A stretch of 64,000 nt of DNA from an uncultured Enterobacteriaceae bacterium (lineage in GTDB: Bacteria; Desulfobacterota; Binatia; Bin18): NCBI GenBank assembly GCA_964495015.1, contig CAZBUD010000014.1:7670-71669 (forward strand), written 5' to 3'. A program made the position numbers and the translations under genes. Position 1 is the stretch's first letter. Each line of letters starts with the position of its first letter. The notes beneath the pieces are model-generated. The model did no database searches. It saw only the letters and a program-made list of their open reading frames with translations, and was not told where the DNA came from. Positions 9,250 to 18,702 of this stretch are shown piece after piece.

Positions 9250-10434
9250 ATGGATTTTAACTTCAGCCTGGAAGAAGAAGTCTTTCGTCAGGAGCTACGC
9301 TCTTGGCTACAAACTAATTTGCCTGAAGGCTACGATCCGAAGCATTTGGACGATATCGATGCGGACGCGCGCTTTGAGTACCAACGCACCTGGCAGCAGA
9401 CGGCCTGCAAAGACCGCTGGGTGGGCATACACTGGCCTGAGGAATACGGTGGACGCGGTGCCAGCCTGATGGAAATGTTCATCTTCAATCAGGAGATGCA
9501 CAAGGCCCACGCGCCACGTTTTGCCAATACTCTGGGGCTCCTGATGTCCGGCCCGACCCTGATTCATTGGGGAACCGAGCAGCAGAAGCAACGCCATCTA
9601 CCTCGGATTCTTTCTGGCAGCGAAATTTGGTGTGAAGGCTTATCTGAGCCCGGTGCCGGTTCCGACTTGGCCTCGATGCAAATGCGGGCGGTGGAAGATG
9701 GTGACTATTTTGTGGTGAACGGCCAGAAAGTCTGGACCAGTTTTGCCCACCGCGCGGATTTCATTCAGCTCTTTGTCCGTACCGATCCGAATGCCCAAAA
9801 ACACCGTGGGATTAGCTGTCTGGCTGTAGATATGAAAACTCCCGGCATTACGGTTCGACCGCTGGTCCAGATTACTGGCGATTCCGAGTTTAACGAGATT
9901 TTTTTTGAGGATGTCCGGATTCCGAAAACCAATCTGATTGGGCCTAAGAACGAGGGCTGGCAGGTGTTAGTGACCACGTTGATGCACGAACGGGCTGGGA
10001 TTGGAGCAGAGCTGCCGGTACATCGGCAACTTGCTGAGCTGCTCAAGTTGTGTAAGACCGTTGAAATTCATGGCAGACCGGCCAGCGAAGATCCTGCCGT
10101 ACGTCAGAAACTGGCCCAGTTTTCTATTGAATGTAAAGCCATCACCTATAATATGTTCCGCAGTTTTAGTAAGCGCCTTAAAGGCAATCCGCCGGGACCG
10201 GAGGGGTCGGTCAATAAGTTATTGGGCTCTGAGTTGAATATGCGCCTGGCCATGTTTGCAACCGAACTGCTGGGTCCATACGCACAACTTACGCAAGGCT
10301 CCCCACATACTGTTGATAACGGCCGCTGGCCACGTGCTGCCCTGTGGTATCGCTTACTGACGATCGGTGGTGGTACCTCAGAAATCCAGAAGAATATTTT
10401 GGGAGATCGAGTGCTTGGACTTCCAAAAGGATAG
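9250..10434 (+). CDS. Acyl-CoA dehydrogenase family protein
   Basis: MDFNFSLEEEVFRQELRSW N-terminus, GLSEPGAGSDLASM motif, C-terminal GGTSEIQKNILGDRVLGLP. Confidence 0.9.
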   Translation: MDFNFSLEEEVFRQELRSWLQTNLPEGYDPKHLDDIDADARFEYQRTWQQTACKDRWVGIHWPEEYGGRGASLMEMFIFNQEMHKAHAPRFANTLGLLMSGPTLIHWGTEQQKQRHLPRILSGSEIWCEGLSEPGAGSDLASMQMRAVEDGDYFVVNGQKVWTSFAHRADFIQLFVRTDPNAQKHRGISCLAVDMKTPGITVRPLVQITGDSEFNEIFFEDVRIPKTNLIGPKNEGWQVLVTTLMHERAGIGAELPVHRQLAELLKLCKTVEIHGRPASEDPAVRQKLAQFSIECKAITYNMFRSFSKRLKGNPPGPEGSVNKLLGSELNMRLAMFATELLGPYAQLTQGSPHTVDNGRWPRAALWYRLLTIGGGTSEIQKNILGDRVLGLPKG

Positions 10435-10491
10435 GGCTGAATACGGGCACGGCCTGCCGGGCCCCTACACATCACACAAGGAGGCATCACA

Positions 10492-11388
10492 ATGGGCAAA
10501 CTTGACGGAAAAGTAGCAGTGGTCACCGGGTCAGGTCGAGGAATTGGCCGAGGGATAGTCCGGCTTATGGTCAAAGAAGGCGCTAAGGTAGTGGTGAATG
10601 ACCTGGGTGGGAGTGTGGATGGCGAAGGTGGAGATAAAGCGCCAGCGCAGCAAGTAGTCGACGAAATCCAGGCGGCTGGCGGTGAGGCGGTTGCCAGCAC
10701 GGACAATATTGCGACCGTGAAAGGGGGAGAAAATCTGATTCAGACCGCAGTCGATTCGTTTGGCAAACTCGACATTTTGGTGAACTGTGCCGGCATCCTG
10801 CGCGATCGGATGATCTTCAACATGACCGAAGAAGAATGGGACGCAGTAGTCTCGGTTCATTTGAAGGGCCATTACTGTACGATCCGGCCAGCTTCTGCAC
10901 TTATGCGGCGTCAAAAGAGCGGCCGGATTATTAACTTCTCTTCCGGGTCCGCACTCGGCGCGCCAGGTCAGCCCAACTACGCTGCCGCAAAAGCCGGTAT
11001 CCTAGGATTAACGTATAGCAGCGCCAACGCATTGGCAAAATACAATATTACCTGTAACGCGATCCTGCCTGGTGCTGCGACGCGTATGACCGATACCATT
11101 CCCGCCAATTTCGCTCAGGGCATGGGCTTGTCCGAAAGTGGTGACTCCGCGCAGGGCAGCCCGCTCGATCCCGCCAATGTCGCTCCAATTGTTATTTTTC
11201 TGGCCAGCGACGAAGGACAGGAAGTGAATGGGCAAGCCTTTGGGGCAAGTGGGTACCGTATCTCATTGTACACTCACCTTGTCCCCGAAAAGACTATTTA
11301 TAGCCAGGGACCGTGGGACCTTGACCATTTATTTAAGGTCTTCAAGGGGACGCTAGGATCCAACCTGAAACCGCCTCGTATGGTATAA
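10492..11388 (+). CDS. SDR family oxidoreductase
   Basis: TGSGRGIGRG cofactor motif, NCAG, and a YAAAKAG catalytic Y-x3-K. Confidence 0.9.
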   Translation: MGKLDGKVAVVTGSGRGIGRGIVRLMVKEGAKVVVNDLGGSVDGEGGDKAPAQQVVDEIQAAGGEAVASTDNIATVKGGENLIQTAVDSFGKLDILVNCAGILRDRMIFNMTEEEWDAVVSVHLKGHYCTIRPASALMRRQKSGRIINFSSGSALGAPGQPNYAAAKAGILGLTYSSANALAKYNITCNAILPGAATRMTDTIPANFAQGMGLSESGDSAQGSPLDPANVAPIVIFLASDEGQEVNGQAFGASGYRISLYTHLVPEKTIYSQGPWDLDHLFKVFKGTLGSNLKPPRMV

Positions 11389-11492
11389 CGCCCGAGACTC
11401 GACTCGCCAGAGCAGTGTGCTATGCTGAAAACCGCCCTGGGGAATAGCCTCGGATAGCTGCCGTAGCGGCGTTTGTGAAACAGCACTTTCTA

Positions 11493-11536
11493 AAAGGCAC
11501 GAGGATCAAAACTTCTTATCCTCGTGCCTTTTTGTT
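11493..11536 (+). terminator. Rho-independent terminator after the SDR gene
   Basis: AAAGGCACGAGGAT-(11-nt loop)-ATCCTCGTGCCTTTTTG: a 14-bp perfect stem followed by a T-run. Confidence 0.7.
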
Positions 11537-11552
11537 ACTAGGAGCTAGAAGA

Positions 11553-12080
11553 ATGAGAATCTCCTTTAGTCCCAGACGAAGCATGCTGAAGCTCATTGTG
11601 TCTGGCTTGTGTCTCATGGTCACAATAATCGCAAATGCCGAGGAACTCGAGGTTGCTCAGGGAAGAAAAGTTTCGCTTGAGTATACGGTGACGCTCGAAG
11701 ATAAGAGCATTTTTGATTCGAATGTCGGCAAGGAACCCATGGTGTATGTCCATGGATCTGACGATCCAGTTCCATTGTTCGCCAAGCACCTGGTCGGGCT
11801 CAAGGCCGATGAAACAAAGAAATTTGAGGTACCACCGGAAGAAGCATACGGAGCCTTAAACCCAAAGAGGGTTATTGAAGTCCCCGCAGAAAATGTTCCT
11901 GAGGAGCGGCGCAAAGCTGGGGCCAGACTCCAGGGACAAGGACCTAAGGGCAAGCCACTCTACGCGCAAGTTGTGGAGGTGAAGGATAAAACAATTGTGA
12001 TCGATACGAATCACCCCTTGGCAGGGAGAAAATTGTTCTTCGATGTAAAGATACTAAAGGTGGAGAAGGCGGCCAAGTAG
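11553..12080 (+). CDS. Secreted FKBP-type peptidyl-prolyl isomerase (SlyD/FkpB-like core)
   Basis: Signal peptide (MRISFSPRRSMLKLIVSGLCLMVTIIANA). VSLEYTVTLEDKS...IDTNHPLAGRKLFFDVKILKVE is the FKBP/SlyD-type signature. Confidence 0.85.
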   Translation: MRISFSPRRSMLKLIVSGLCLMVTIIANAEELEVAQGRKVSLEYTVTLEDKSIFDSNVGKEPMVYVHGSDDPVPLFAKHLVGLKADETKKFEVPPEEAYGALNPKRVIEVPAENVPEERRKAGARLQGQGPKGKPLYAQVVEVKDKTIVIDTNHPLAGRKLFFDVKILKVEKAAK

Positions 12081-12154
12081 AAACTTGCGGCTCCTAGTCC
12101 ATGATAGTGAGCGTTCACTGGATTCTGTGGATCATGTGGGGAAGAGAAATTACT

Positions 12155-12727
12155 ATGCAAACTGTAGTGTGCAAGTACAGGATGTGGAAGGTTTGTTTCG
12201 CAGTATGGAGTCTCAGCTTGGTGCTCGTGGCCCTTGGCCGTGCAGAAGAGACGATTGCCGAAGGAAAGCGCGTTTCGCTGGAATACACTCTGACGCTTGG
12301 AGATCAGACCGTTTACACAAATGTGGGCAAAGATCCGCTCATATATACCCATGGTTCCAAAGAGATTGTCCCCGGTCTCGAAAAACAGCTGACGGGATTA
12401 CAGCTGGGTGACACCAAGAAAATCGAAGTGTCTCCCGAGGAAGGTTTTGGCACTCTCGACCCGAATCGTGTCCAGGAAGTTCCAAAGGAGATTATCCCGG
12501 AAGAAGCGCGTGAAGTGGGGAAAACACTGCGTGGCCGTGGACCTGATGGGCAGATTAAGTTTGCCCAAGTCATAGAGATCAAAGACAAAACTGTTACGGT
12601 TGATCTCAATCATCCCCTGGCTGGGCAAAAGTTATTCTTTGATGTGAAAGTGCTGAAGGTTGAGACCGAAGAACGGCACAAGGTCCAGTTGCCTGATGAT
12701 GCGGCAGGGACGCAGTCTAAAGAGTAG
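12155..12727 (+). CDS. Secreted FKBP-type peptidyl-prolyl isomerase, tandem paralog
   Basis: Signal peptide, then VSLEYTLTLGDQT...VDLNHPLAGQKLFFDVKVLKVE. About half the residues are identical to the upstream copy by eye. Start uncertain (12101, 12155 or 12182). Confidence 0.85.
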   Translation: MQTVVCKYRMWKVCFAVWSLSLVLVALGRAEETIAEGKRVSLEYTLTLGDQTVYTNVGKDPLIYTHGSKEIVPGLEKQLTGLQLGDTKKIEVSPEEGFGTLDPNRVQEVPKEIIPEEAREVGKTLRGRGPDGQIKFAQVIEIKDKTVTVDLNHPLAGQKLFFDVKVLKVETEERHKVQLPDDAAGTQSKE

Positions 12728-12768
12728 TTTCTTTTTCAATCCCTATATGCCCCATATGGAGAGAACCG

Positions 12769-13368
12769 GTGGCTACACTTTTTGTAGCAGGTCGTCGGCC
12801 GTTTAATTTCGCACATGTCCTCACCTGTGTCCGACTCCTTCTGACGCCCGTTTTTCTGCTGGCTATTGCGTGCAGTATGCGCGAGCCGAGTGCGCTGCGC
12901 GTCGGATATGTTGTTGCACTCTTTCTCATTATCTGCGCCAGTGACTATTATGACGGGCCAGTTGCACGTGCTCTTAGCCTCAGTTCAGACCGGGGGAAAA
13001 TTCTCGACAATTTAGCGGATATTACGTTTCTGCTCGTAACCTTGACCTATTTGACCTATAACGAGGTCGTTCCGTGGTGGATTCCCTGCGCGGTTGGCTG
13101 TGCGTTTGGGCAGTACACCCTGGACTCCTGGTGGCTGTCTGGTCGGGAGATGCAAGTCACATTGGTGTCGAATCCCATTGGCCACTGGGCTGGAGTGCTC
13201 AACTATATTGGGACTGGTGTGATGGCGCTTCACGCTGCACTCCAGCAGCAACTTTTACCCTTCGCCGTCGATCAAGCACTACTCGTCTTGTGGGGAAGCT
13301 ATCTGATCCTGGCAATGGGCGTGCGCCTACGCTTTTTCTTGCAAGCGCGACGGGCTCTTGTCCAATAA
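12769..13368 (+). CDS. CDP-alcohol phosphatidyltransferase family protein
   Basis: Motif DYYDGPVARA...GKILDNLAD, i.e. D-x2-DG-x2-AR...G-x3-D-x3-D. Polytopic membrane protein. GTG start. Confidence 0.8.
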   Translation: MATLFVAGRRPFNFAHVLTCVRLLLTPVFLLAIACSMREPSALRVGYVVALFLIICASDYYDGPVARALSLSSDRGKILDNLADITFLLVTLTYLTYNEVVPWWIPCAVGCAFGQYTLDSWWLSGREMQVTLVSNPIGHWAGVLNYIGTGVMALHAALQQQLLPFAVDQALLVLWGSYLILAMGVRLRFFLQARRALVQ

Positions 13369-13414
13369 CCGTGTAGGGGCCGAGGTCTCCTCGCCCAGGA
13401 TGCTACCCAGAAGT

Positions 13415-14437
13415 TCAGACCTCCAAATTTGAGCCTTCTGCCTCATCTCCCGCACGGCGGATATCGGCAAAACTGACCCCGGCAATTGGTAGGGCCAGCA
13501 GCCCTTGGGCAACAAGGGTGAGAAATTGCACTGCGTTGAGGGCCAAGCCATACGCCAGGCCGTCGACCTCGCTGACTCCATAGATACCCAGCGCCAACTG
13601 ACAAGCGTATTGATACGGCCCGATCATACCCGGCAGATTGGGTAGCGCCGTCCCAAAGCTAATAAAGATAAAAATCACCACTGCGGCGCTAAACGGCGCC
13701 TGGAGGTCAAAGGCACGGATCATGATGTAGCTTGAGAGAATTGGCAGGAACCACATGGCCAGCGAGACCAGAAAAACAGCCAAGAGCAAGCCGGGGTTTG
13801 GAATCACCCGCATGCCGTCCGCGACCGAGGCCAAGACGCCTTTGAGGCGGCTGCCAAAACGCTGCGGCAGAATACGCAGCACCCAACGTTCGACAAACGC
13901 CTCACCGCGCCACCAAAAAAGTAGGACTAGGATCACTAAAATCGTTGCCACCATGGCGGGAAAGATGGCGAGCTGACGCACCCAGAGGGGCAGGCTTTCT
14001 ATCGTCAACAGCCCCACCAGGAGATAGAAAACGATGGCGACCGAATCCATGGTTTTCTCGACAACAATATTCCCGACGACATTTGAAAAGGACACATTTG
14101 AGCAGCGCGACAGGAGCCAGGGACGGACAACTTCACCTAGGCGGACGGGTAAAAGATTGATGGCCATATACGCGACTGCCGTGACGACCCACAGCCGGCC
14201 AACGGGAATGCGTTCGAGCGGACGGAGTTCTAGCTGCCAGCGCCAGGCGCGAATGACCATGATGAGCAGACTGAGACCAAGAGCGACAAGTAGCCAGCTG
14301 CCGTCGATGCGCCGCAGCGCTCGCCCCAGCTCATCAAGCTGAACGTTGCGAAAGGCGAGATAGAGGAAGCCACCGCTCACCACGAGACTGAGCGCGATAT
14401 GAAACAAACGCCGGGTAGAGGACGTGTCTTTTGCCAT
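13415..14437 (-). CDS. UPF0104/lysylphosphatidylglycerol-synthase-TM-region-like (flippase-like) membrane protein
   Basis: 340-aa polytopic protein. The N-terminus (RRLFHIALSLVVSGGFLYLAFRNVQLDELGRAL) is typical of this family. Confidence 0.7.
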   Translation of the reverse strand: MAKDTSSTRRLFHIALSLVVSGGFLYLAFRNVQLDELGRALRRIDGSWLLVALGLSLLIMVIRAWRWQLELRPLERIPVGRLWVVTAVAYMAINLLPVRLGEVVRPWLLSRCSNVSFSNVVGNIVVEKTMDSVAIVFYLLVGLLTIESLPLWVRQLAIFPAMVATILVILVLLFWWRGEAFVERWVLRILPQRFGSRLKGVLASVADGMRVIPNPGLLLAVFLVSLAMWFLPILSSYIMIRAFDLQAPFSAAVVIFIFISFGTALPNLPGMIGPYQYACQLALGIYGVSEVDGLAYGLALNAVQFLTLVAQGLLALPIAGVSFADIRRAGDEAEGSNLEV

Positions 14438-14626
14438 ACCACCACCTTCGCTGCCGCATGCATACCATGCTTAGCCTGTCTGGTCAGGACCTGTCTCGCC
14501 ACCTGTGGGCTGGTGATAGTCTAACGCGTTGATTTTGTATAAGATTGTGCCTTCAGTACAGTTCATTGTTCTTAGGGAGATGCCAGAGAGGTGATGGTGT
14601 GCGTTTGGGGGAAAGGAAACTTACGA

Positions 14627-16300
14627 ATGAGTCGAGAGGAAAACCTTGCCGTTGCGCAGTCGGTGACGCTGAAACCGATCGAAGAAATTGCCTCACGTTT
14701 AGGGCTGCCGTCAGAACATCTTGAGTTGTATGGACGGGTCAAAGCAAAGATTGGGCTGGATGCGTTATCTTTAGCCCCTTCTCAGCAGCAGGGGAAGCTG
14801 ATTCTAGTATCGGCAATCAATCCCACTCCGGCTGGCGAGGGCAAGACAACGACGACTATTGGATTGGGGCAAGCCCTTACTCGACTCGGGAAGAAAGCGG
14901 CGGTTGCCATTCGTGAACCCTCGATGGGGCCGGTATTTGGTGTCAAAGGTGGTGGCTGTGGGGGCGGTCGCTCACAGGTTTTACCCATGGAGGATATCAA
15001 TCTCCACTTTACCGGAGATATTCATGCGGTGAGTTCGGCCCACAATCTGCTGTCTGCCATGATGGATGCGGCGCTATTTCACCGCACTGTTGATCTCGAT
15101 GTACGTCAGATTCGCTGGCGGCGTGTCATGGATATGAACGACCGCGCGCTGCGCCAAATTGTGATGGGCCTGGGTGGGCGGGTGATGGGTATTCCCCGAG
15201 AAGAGGGCTTTGATATCACGGCCGCGTCCGAGGTTATGGCTATTCTTGCCCTAACCAGCGGAGCGAAAGATCTCATTCAACGTTTATCACGCATTGTGAT
15301 TGGCTATTCATCTCAAGGCGAAGCGGTCACGGCAGATCAGGTCCAGGTCCCACAAGCGATGGCCATTATCTTAAAAGATGCGCTCAAACCCAACTTGGTA
15401 CAGACGGTAGAGGGCGTTCCCGCGTTTATCCACGGCGGCCCCTTCGGCAATATCGCACATGGGTGCAGTAGTATCCTGGCCACACGGCTGGCCCTTCAAT
15501 ACGCCGACTATGTGGTGACGGAAGCAGGCTTTGGTTTTGATCTTGGGGGCGAGAAATTCTTCAACATCAAATGTCGCGAGTCCGGCTTGTGGCCGTCTGC
15601 CGTGGTGCTGGTCGCAACACTCAAGGCGCTCAAAATGCATGGCGGTACACCCATAGCAGATGTCAACGCGCCGGACTTGAAGACGCTCAAGCAAGGCATG
15701 CAGAATCTGGCCAAGCATGAGGAGAGTGTACGGACGTTTGGTTTACAACCGATTGTGGCGCTGAACCGCTTTGCGACAGACACGCAAGAGGAACTCAATC
15801 TGGTTGTGGAAGAGAGTCGAGCGCTGGGTTTGGAAGCGATCGTTATTGATGTCTTTGGCCGAGGCGGAGAAGGCGGACTCCCGTTAGCGGAAGCTGTGGC
15901 CAAAGTCTGTGAAGGCCCTGTGCCAACCCCGCAGCTGCTCTACCCGTTGGACATGCTGATTGAAGATAAGATCCGTACGATTGCCCAAAAAATTTACGGC
16001 GCAGCAGATATTACGCTTCTGTCGCGGGCGCGCAACGACCTCAAGCGGATCAACGACCTCGGCTATGGCAAGCTGCCTATCTGTATGGCGAAGACCCAAA
16101 TGTCGCTCTCCGACGATCCCAAGCGCTACGGCCGGCCGCGTGATTTTGTATTGAGCGTACGTGAAATTCGTCTGTCTGCCGGAGCCGGCTTTTGCATTCC
16201 GTTGACGGGCGACATGCTGACTATGCCTGGTCTAGGCGCCAAGCCTGCAGCGGCAGGTATGAGGATGGATGAGGACGGCAAGATTTCGGGTATGTTCTAA
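14627..16300 (+). CDS. fhs: Formate--tetrahydrofolate ligase
   Basis: PTPAGEGKTTTTIGL P-loop. 557 aa from ATG 14627, collinear with Fhs throughout. Confidence 0.95.
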   Translation: MSREENLAVAQSVTLKPIEEIASRLGLPSEHLELYGRVKAKIGLDALSLAPSQQQGKLILVSAINPTPAGEGKTTTTIGLGQALTRLGKKAAVAIREPSMGPVFGVKGGGCGGGRSQVLPMEDINLHFTGDIHAVSSAHNLLSAMMDAALFHRTVDLDVRQIRWRRVMDMNDRALRQIVMGLGGRVMGIPREEGFDITAASEVMAILALTSGAKDLIQRLSRIVIGYSSQGEAVTADQVQVPQAMAIILKDALKPNLVQTVEGVPAFIHGGPFGNIAHGCSSILATRLALQYADYVVTEAGFGFDLGGEKFFNIKCRESGLWPSAVVLVATLKALKMHGGTPIADVNAPDLKTLKQGMQNLAKHEESVRTFGLQPIVALNRFATDTQEELNLVVEESRALGLEAIVIDVFGRGGEGGLPLAEAVAKVCEGPVPTPQLLYPLDMLIEDKIRTIAQKIYGAADITLLSRARNDLKRINDLGYGKLPICMAKTQMSLSDDPKRYGRPRDFVLSVREIRLSAGAGFCIPLTGDMLTMPGLGAKPAAAGMRMDEDGKISGMF

Positions 16301-16372
16301 CTCCGCTGAAAATTTACCCTTGCGAAACTGACTATTGGCCCATTTGTAAAGAAGAACTAGGAGGCGCAGTCG

Positions 16373-17356
16373 ATGCACGACGTTAAGTTTGGTTTATTCT
16401 TACCCACCGGAGACTTTGCAGCCGCGAAGCGCGCCGCGCTGCGCGCCGAAAGCGAGGGCTTTTACTCGGTATCGATTAACGATCACTTCTATACGCCGAT
16501 GGGTCCGCCGCAAACGCCTCAATTGGAATGCTTTACGACTCTGACCGCGATCGCTGCTGTGACGAGCCGGATCCGCCTGACTCCCTCGGTTACAGCCATC
16601 TCGTTTCGGCCCCCGCCATTGCTTGCTAAAATTACGTCCACGCTCGATCACGTCAGCAATGGGCGGCTGGTCCTTGGCCTGGGAGCCGGCTGGCAGCAGG
16701 CCGAATACGTGGCGCACGGCTATCCCTATCCCTCCAATGCGGAACGTCTGGCGCAACTGGCCGAGGTTATCCAGGTACTCAAGGCCATGTGGACGCAGGA
16801 GGAGCCGACATTTCACGGCCAGTATTTCTTGATCGATAAGGCCTATAATCATCCGCGACCAGTGCAGCAGCCCGGTCCGCCCCTCATGCTGGGTGGTTCT
16901 GGCAGTGGACTGCTCAAAATCGCAGCAAGGGAAGCCGACATCCTGAATATCCTCCCGCCGATCTTTAACGGTAAGGACTTTGTGAACGACCCGGCCATGA
17001 CCGTGAAATTCGACATGGCACAGCTCAAGCGGCGTATTGGCATGTTGCACGGATACGCTCGGGACGCGGGACGCGATCCGCACCAGATCGAGCTTGGTGG
17101 GATGACCCTGCTGAGTTTGTCGCGCGATCCCGAAGACCCCGCGCTGGGCCAGACGGCGTCCAGCTTGGGCTTCCCTGATCTGGAGACCGCGCGCCGCTCG
17201 CCGTTGTTTTTGATGGGTACGCCGGACGAGGTCAAGCGTAATCTCGGAGCACGGATCGAAGACACGGGCATCACCTACCATATTGTCATTCCGGCGTCCG
17301 CAGAATCCCACGACTTGTTCGTCAAGGAAGTCATGCCGGAGTTCGTCCCCCACTAG
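16373..17356 (+). CDS. LLM-class flavin/F420-dependent oxidoreductase
   Basis: KFGLFLP...FYSVSINDHF...GRLVLGLGAGW luciferase-like pattern. Confidence 0.85.
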   Translation: MHDVKFGLFLPTGDFAAAKRAALRAESEGFYSVSINDHFYTPMGPPQTPQLECFTTLTAIAAVTSRIRLTPSVTAISFRPPPLLAKITSTLDHVSNGRLVLGLGAGWQQAEYVAHGYPYPSNAERLAQLAEVIQVLKAMWTQEEPTFHGQYFLIDKAYNHPRPVQQPGPPLMLGGSGSGLLKIAAREADILNILPPIFNGKDFVNDPAMTVKFDMAQLKRRIGMLHGYARDAGRDPHQIELGGMTLLSLSRDPEDPALGQTASSLGFPDLETARRSPLFLMGTPDEVKRNLGARIEDTGITYHIVIPASAESHDLFVKEVMPEFVPH

Positions 17357-17447
17357 TTGGCTTTGCTCAGATGTTGTAATAAAACCAGGGTAGACTTCTT
17401 AGACTCTTACCCGCACTGTTGAGACGGATGATCCAGGAGAAAACTTG

Positions 17448-18698
17448 ATGGGCACTATCGAAACTGCCACCCCCACGGCTAATGGGGGTAAATGGCATGA
17501 CCACTATCCTGAGCTAGATACGGGCCCACTCCCGCTTCAGGTTTTTACCTCAGCAGAACAGTTCGCACAGGAGCGGGAATACGTTTTTCGTAAGGTCTGG
17601 CTGAACGTCTGCCGCGTCGAACAGCTTCCCAATTCGGGTGATTATTTCGTCAAAGACATCGGTGTCTGTAATACTTCCATCATTGTCACGCGTGGCAAAG
17701 ATGGTCAGATTCGCGCCTTCCACAACATGTGTTCCCATCGCGGCAATAAAGTAGTCTGGGACCGGCAGGGAAGTAGCTCAGCCTTTACGTGCAAGTTTCA
17801 TGGCTGGATGTACGGCTTGGACGGCGGGCTAAAGTTTGTCCCAGACGAAGAAAGCTTTTTTGACCTGAAAAAAGATTGCTTGGGCCTCACTCCGGTCCAT
17901 GTGGATGTCTGGGAAGGATTTGTTTTTGTCAATGTCGATCCCAACCCACAAGAAACGCTCCAAGAATATTTGGGCGAGCTGGCAACCGAGTTAGCCGGCT
18001 ATCCCTTTGCTGAGAGTTCGGCTACGGCCTTCTCCTGGAGGGCCGAAGTCAAGGCGAACTGGAAAATCGTCAAGGATTCGTTTCAGGAAGTCTATCATGT
18101 GGGTTGTCTGCACAAGCGGTCGCTGCCGGATGCGTTTGTCAGTAGCGACAACCCGTATACCCATATGCTGGACATGAAACTCTTCCCTCGCCATGGTCGG
18201 GCGTCGTTGTTCGGCAACGCGGCCCACCGGCCAAGTCCCGTCCAGGCGTTGTCCTACAAGCATGGCTCCATCCTCGTGCGTAGCGGTTTTTCTGAAAAGA
18301 CGCTGCCAGTCGGGGTCAATCCCACGCGGAGCACCGACTGGTCATTCGAGTTGCATGTAATCTTTCCGACCTTCTTTGTCGTTGTCTCGGAAGGCACGTA
18401 TTTTACCCATCAGTTTTGGCCCCTAGCTGTTGACCGTACGATCTGGGAATCGACTACCTACTTTCCCAAAGCAAAGAATCTTGCTCAGCGGTTTAGCCAG
18501 GAATACAGCCGGATCATTTTCCGCGACATCTTCCTGGAGGATGCCAGAACGGTGGAGGAAACCCAGTCTGTCCTGTCCTCCGGTGCTAAGAAAGAGTTTT
18601 TCCTCCAAGACTACGAACTCCTTGTGCGGCATAGCCATAACGTGGTCCTCAATATGATCAGAGGCAGCGACGGCAAAACCATCGGAAGGGCAGTGTAA
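17448..18698 (+). CDS. Rieske (2Fe-2S) oxygenase alpha-type subunit (no beta subunit adjacent)
   Basis: CSHRGNKV...CKFHGWMYG Rieske motif, followed by a catalytic-domain-length C-terminus. Confidence 0.85.
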   Translation: MGTIETATPTANGGKWHDHYPELDTGPLPLQVFTSAEQFAQEREYVFRKVWLNVCRVEQLPNSGDYFVKDIGVCNTSIIVTRGKDGQIRAFHNMCSHRGNKVVWDRQGSSSAFTCKFHGWMYGLDGGLKFVPDEESFFDLKKDCLGLTPVHVDVWEGFVFVNVDPNPQETLQEYLGELATELAGYPFAESSATAFSWRAEVKANWKIVKDSFQEVYHVGCLHKRSLPDAFVSSDNPYTHMLDMKLFPRHGRASLFGNAAHRPSPVQALSYKHGSILVRSGFSEKTLPVGVNPTRSTDWSFELHVIFPTFFVVVSEGTYFTHQFWPLAVDRTIWESTTYFPKAKNLAQRFSQEYSRIIFRDIFLEDARTVEETQSVLSSGAKKEFFLQDYELLVRHSHNVVLNMIRGSDGKTIGRAV

Positions 18699-18702
18699 GT
18701 CT

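Noticed and set aside
16400-17353. A 317-aa ORF on the minus strand fully antisense to the LLM oxidoreductase gene. Similar long antisense ORFs occur at 52706-53605 (in mfd), 34030-34779 and 20589-21188 (in the CoA-transferases), 40069-40815 (in the K+ channel) and 4116-4772 (in the Rieske alpha gene).
   Set aside because: Their translations are Arg/Gly/Pro-rich and low-complexity with no motifs. The opposite-strand genes have clear family signatures and RBSs. This is the typical shadow-ORF artefact of GC-rich coding DNA.
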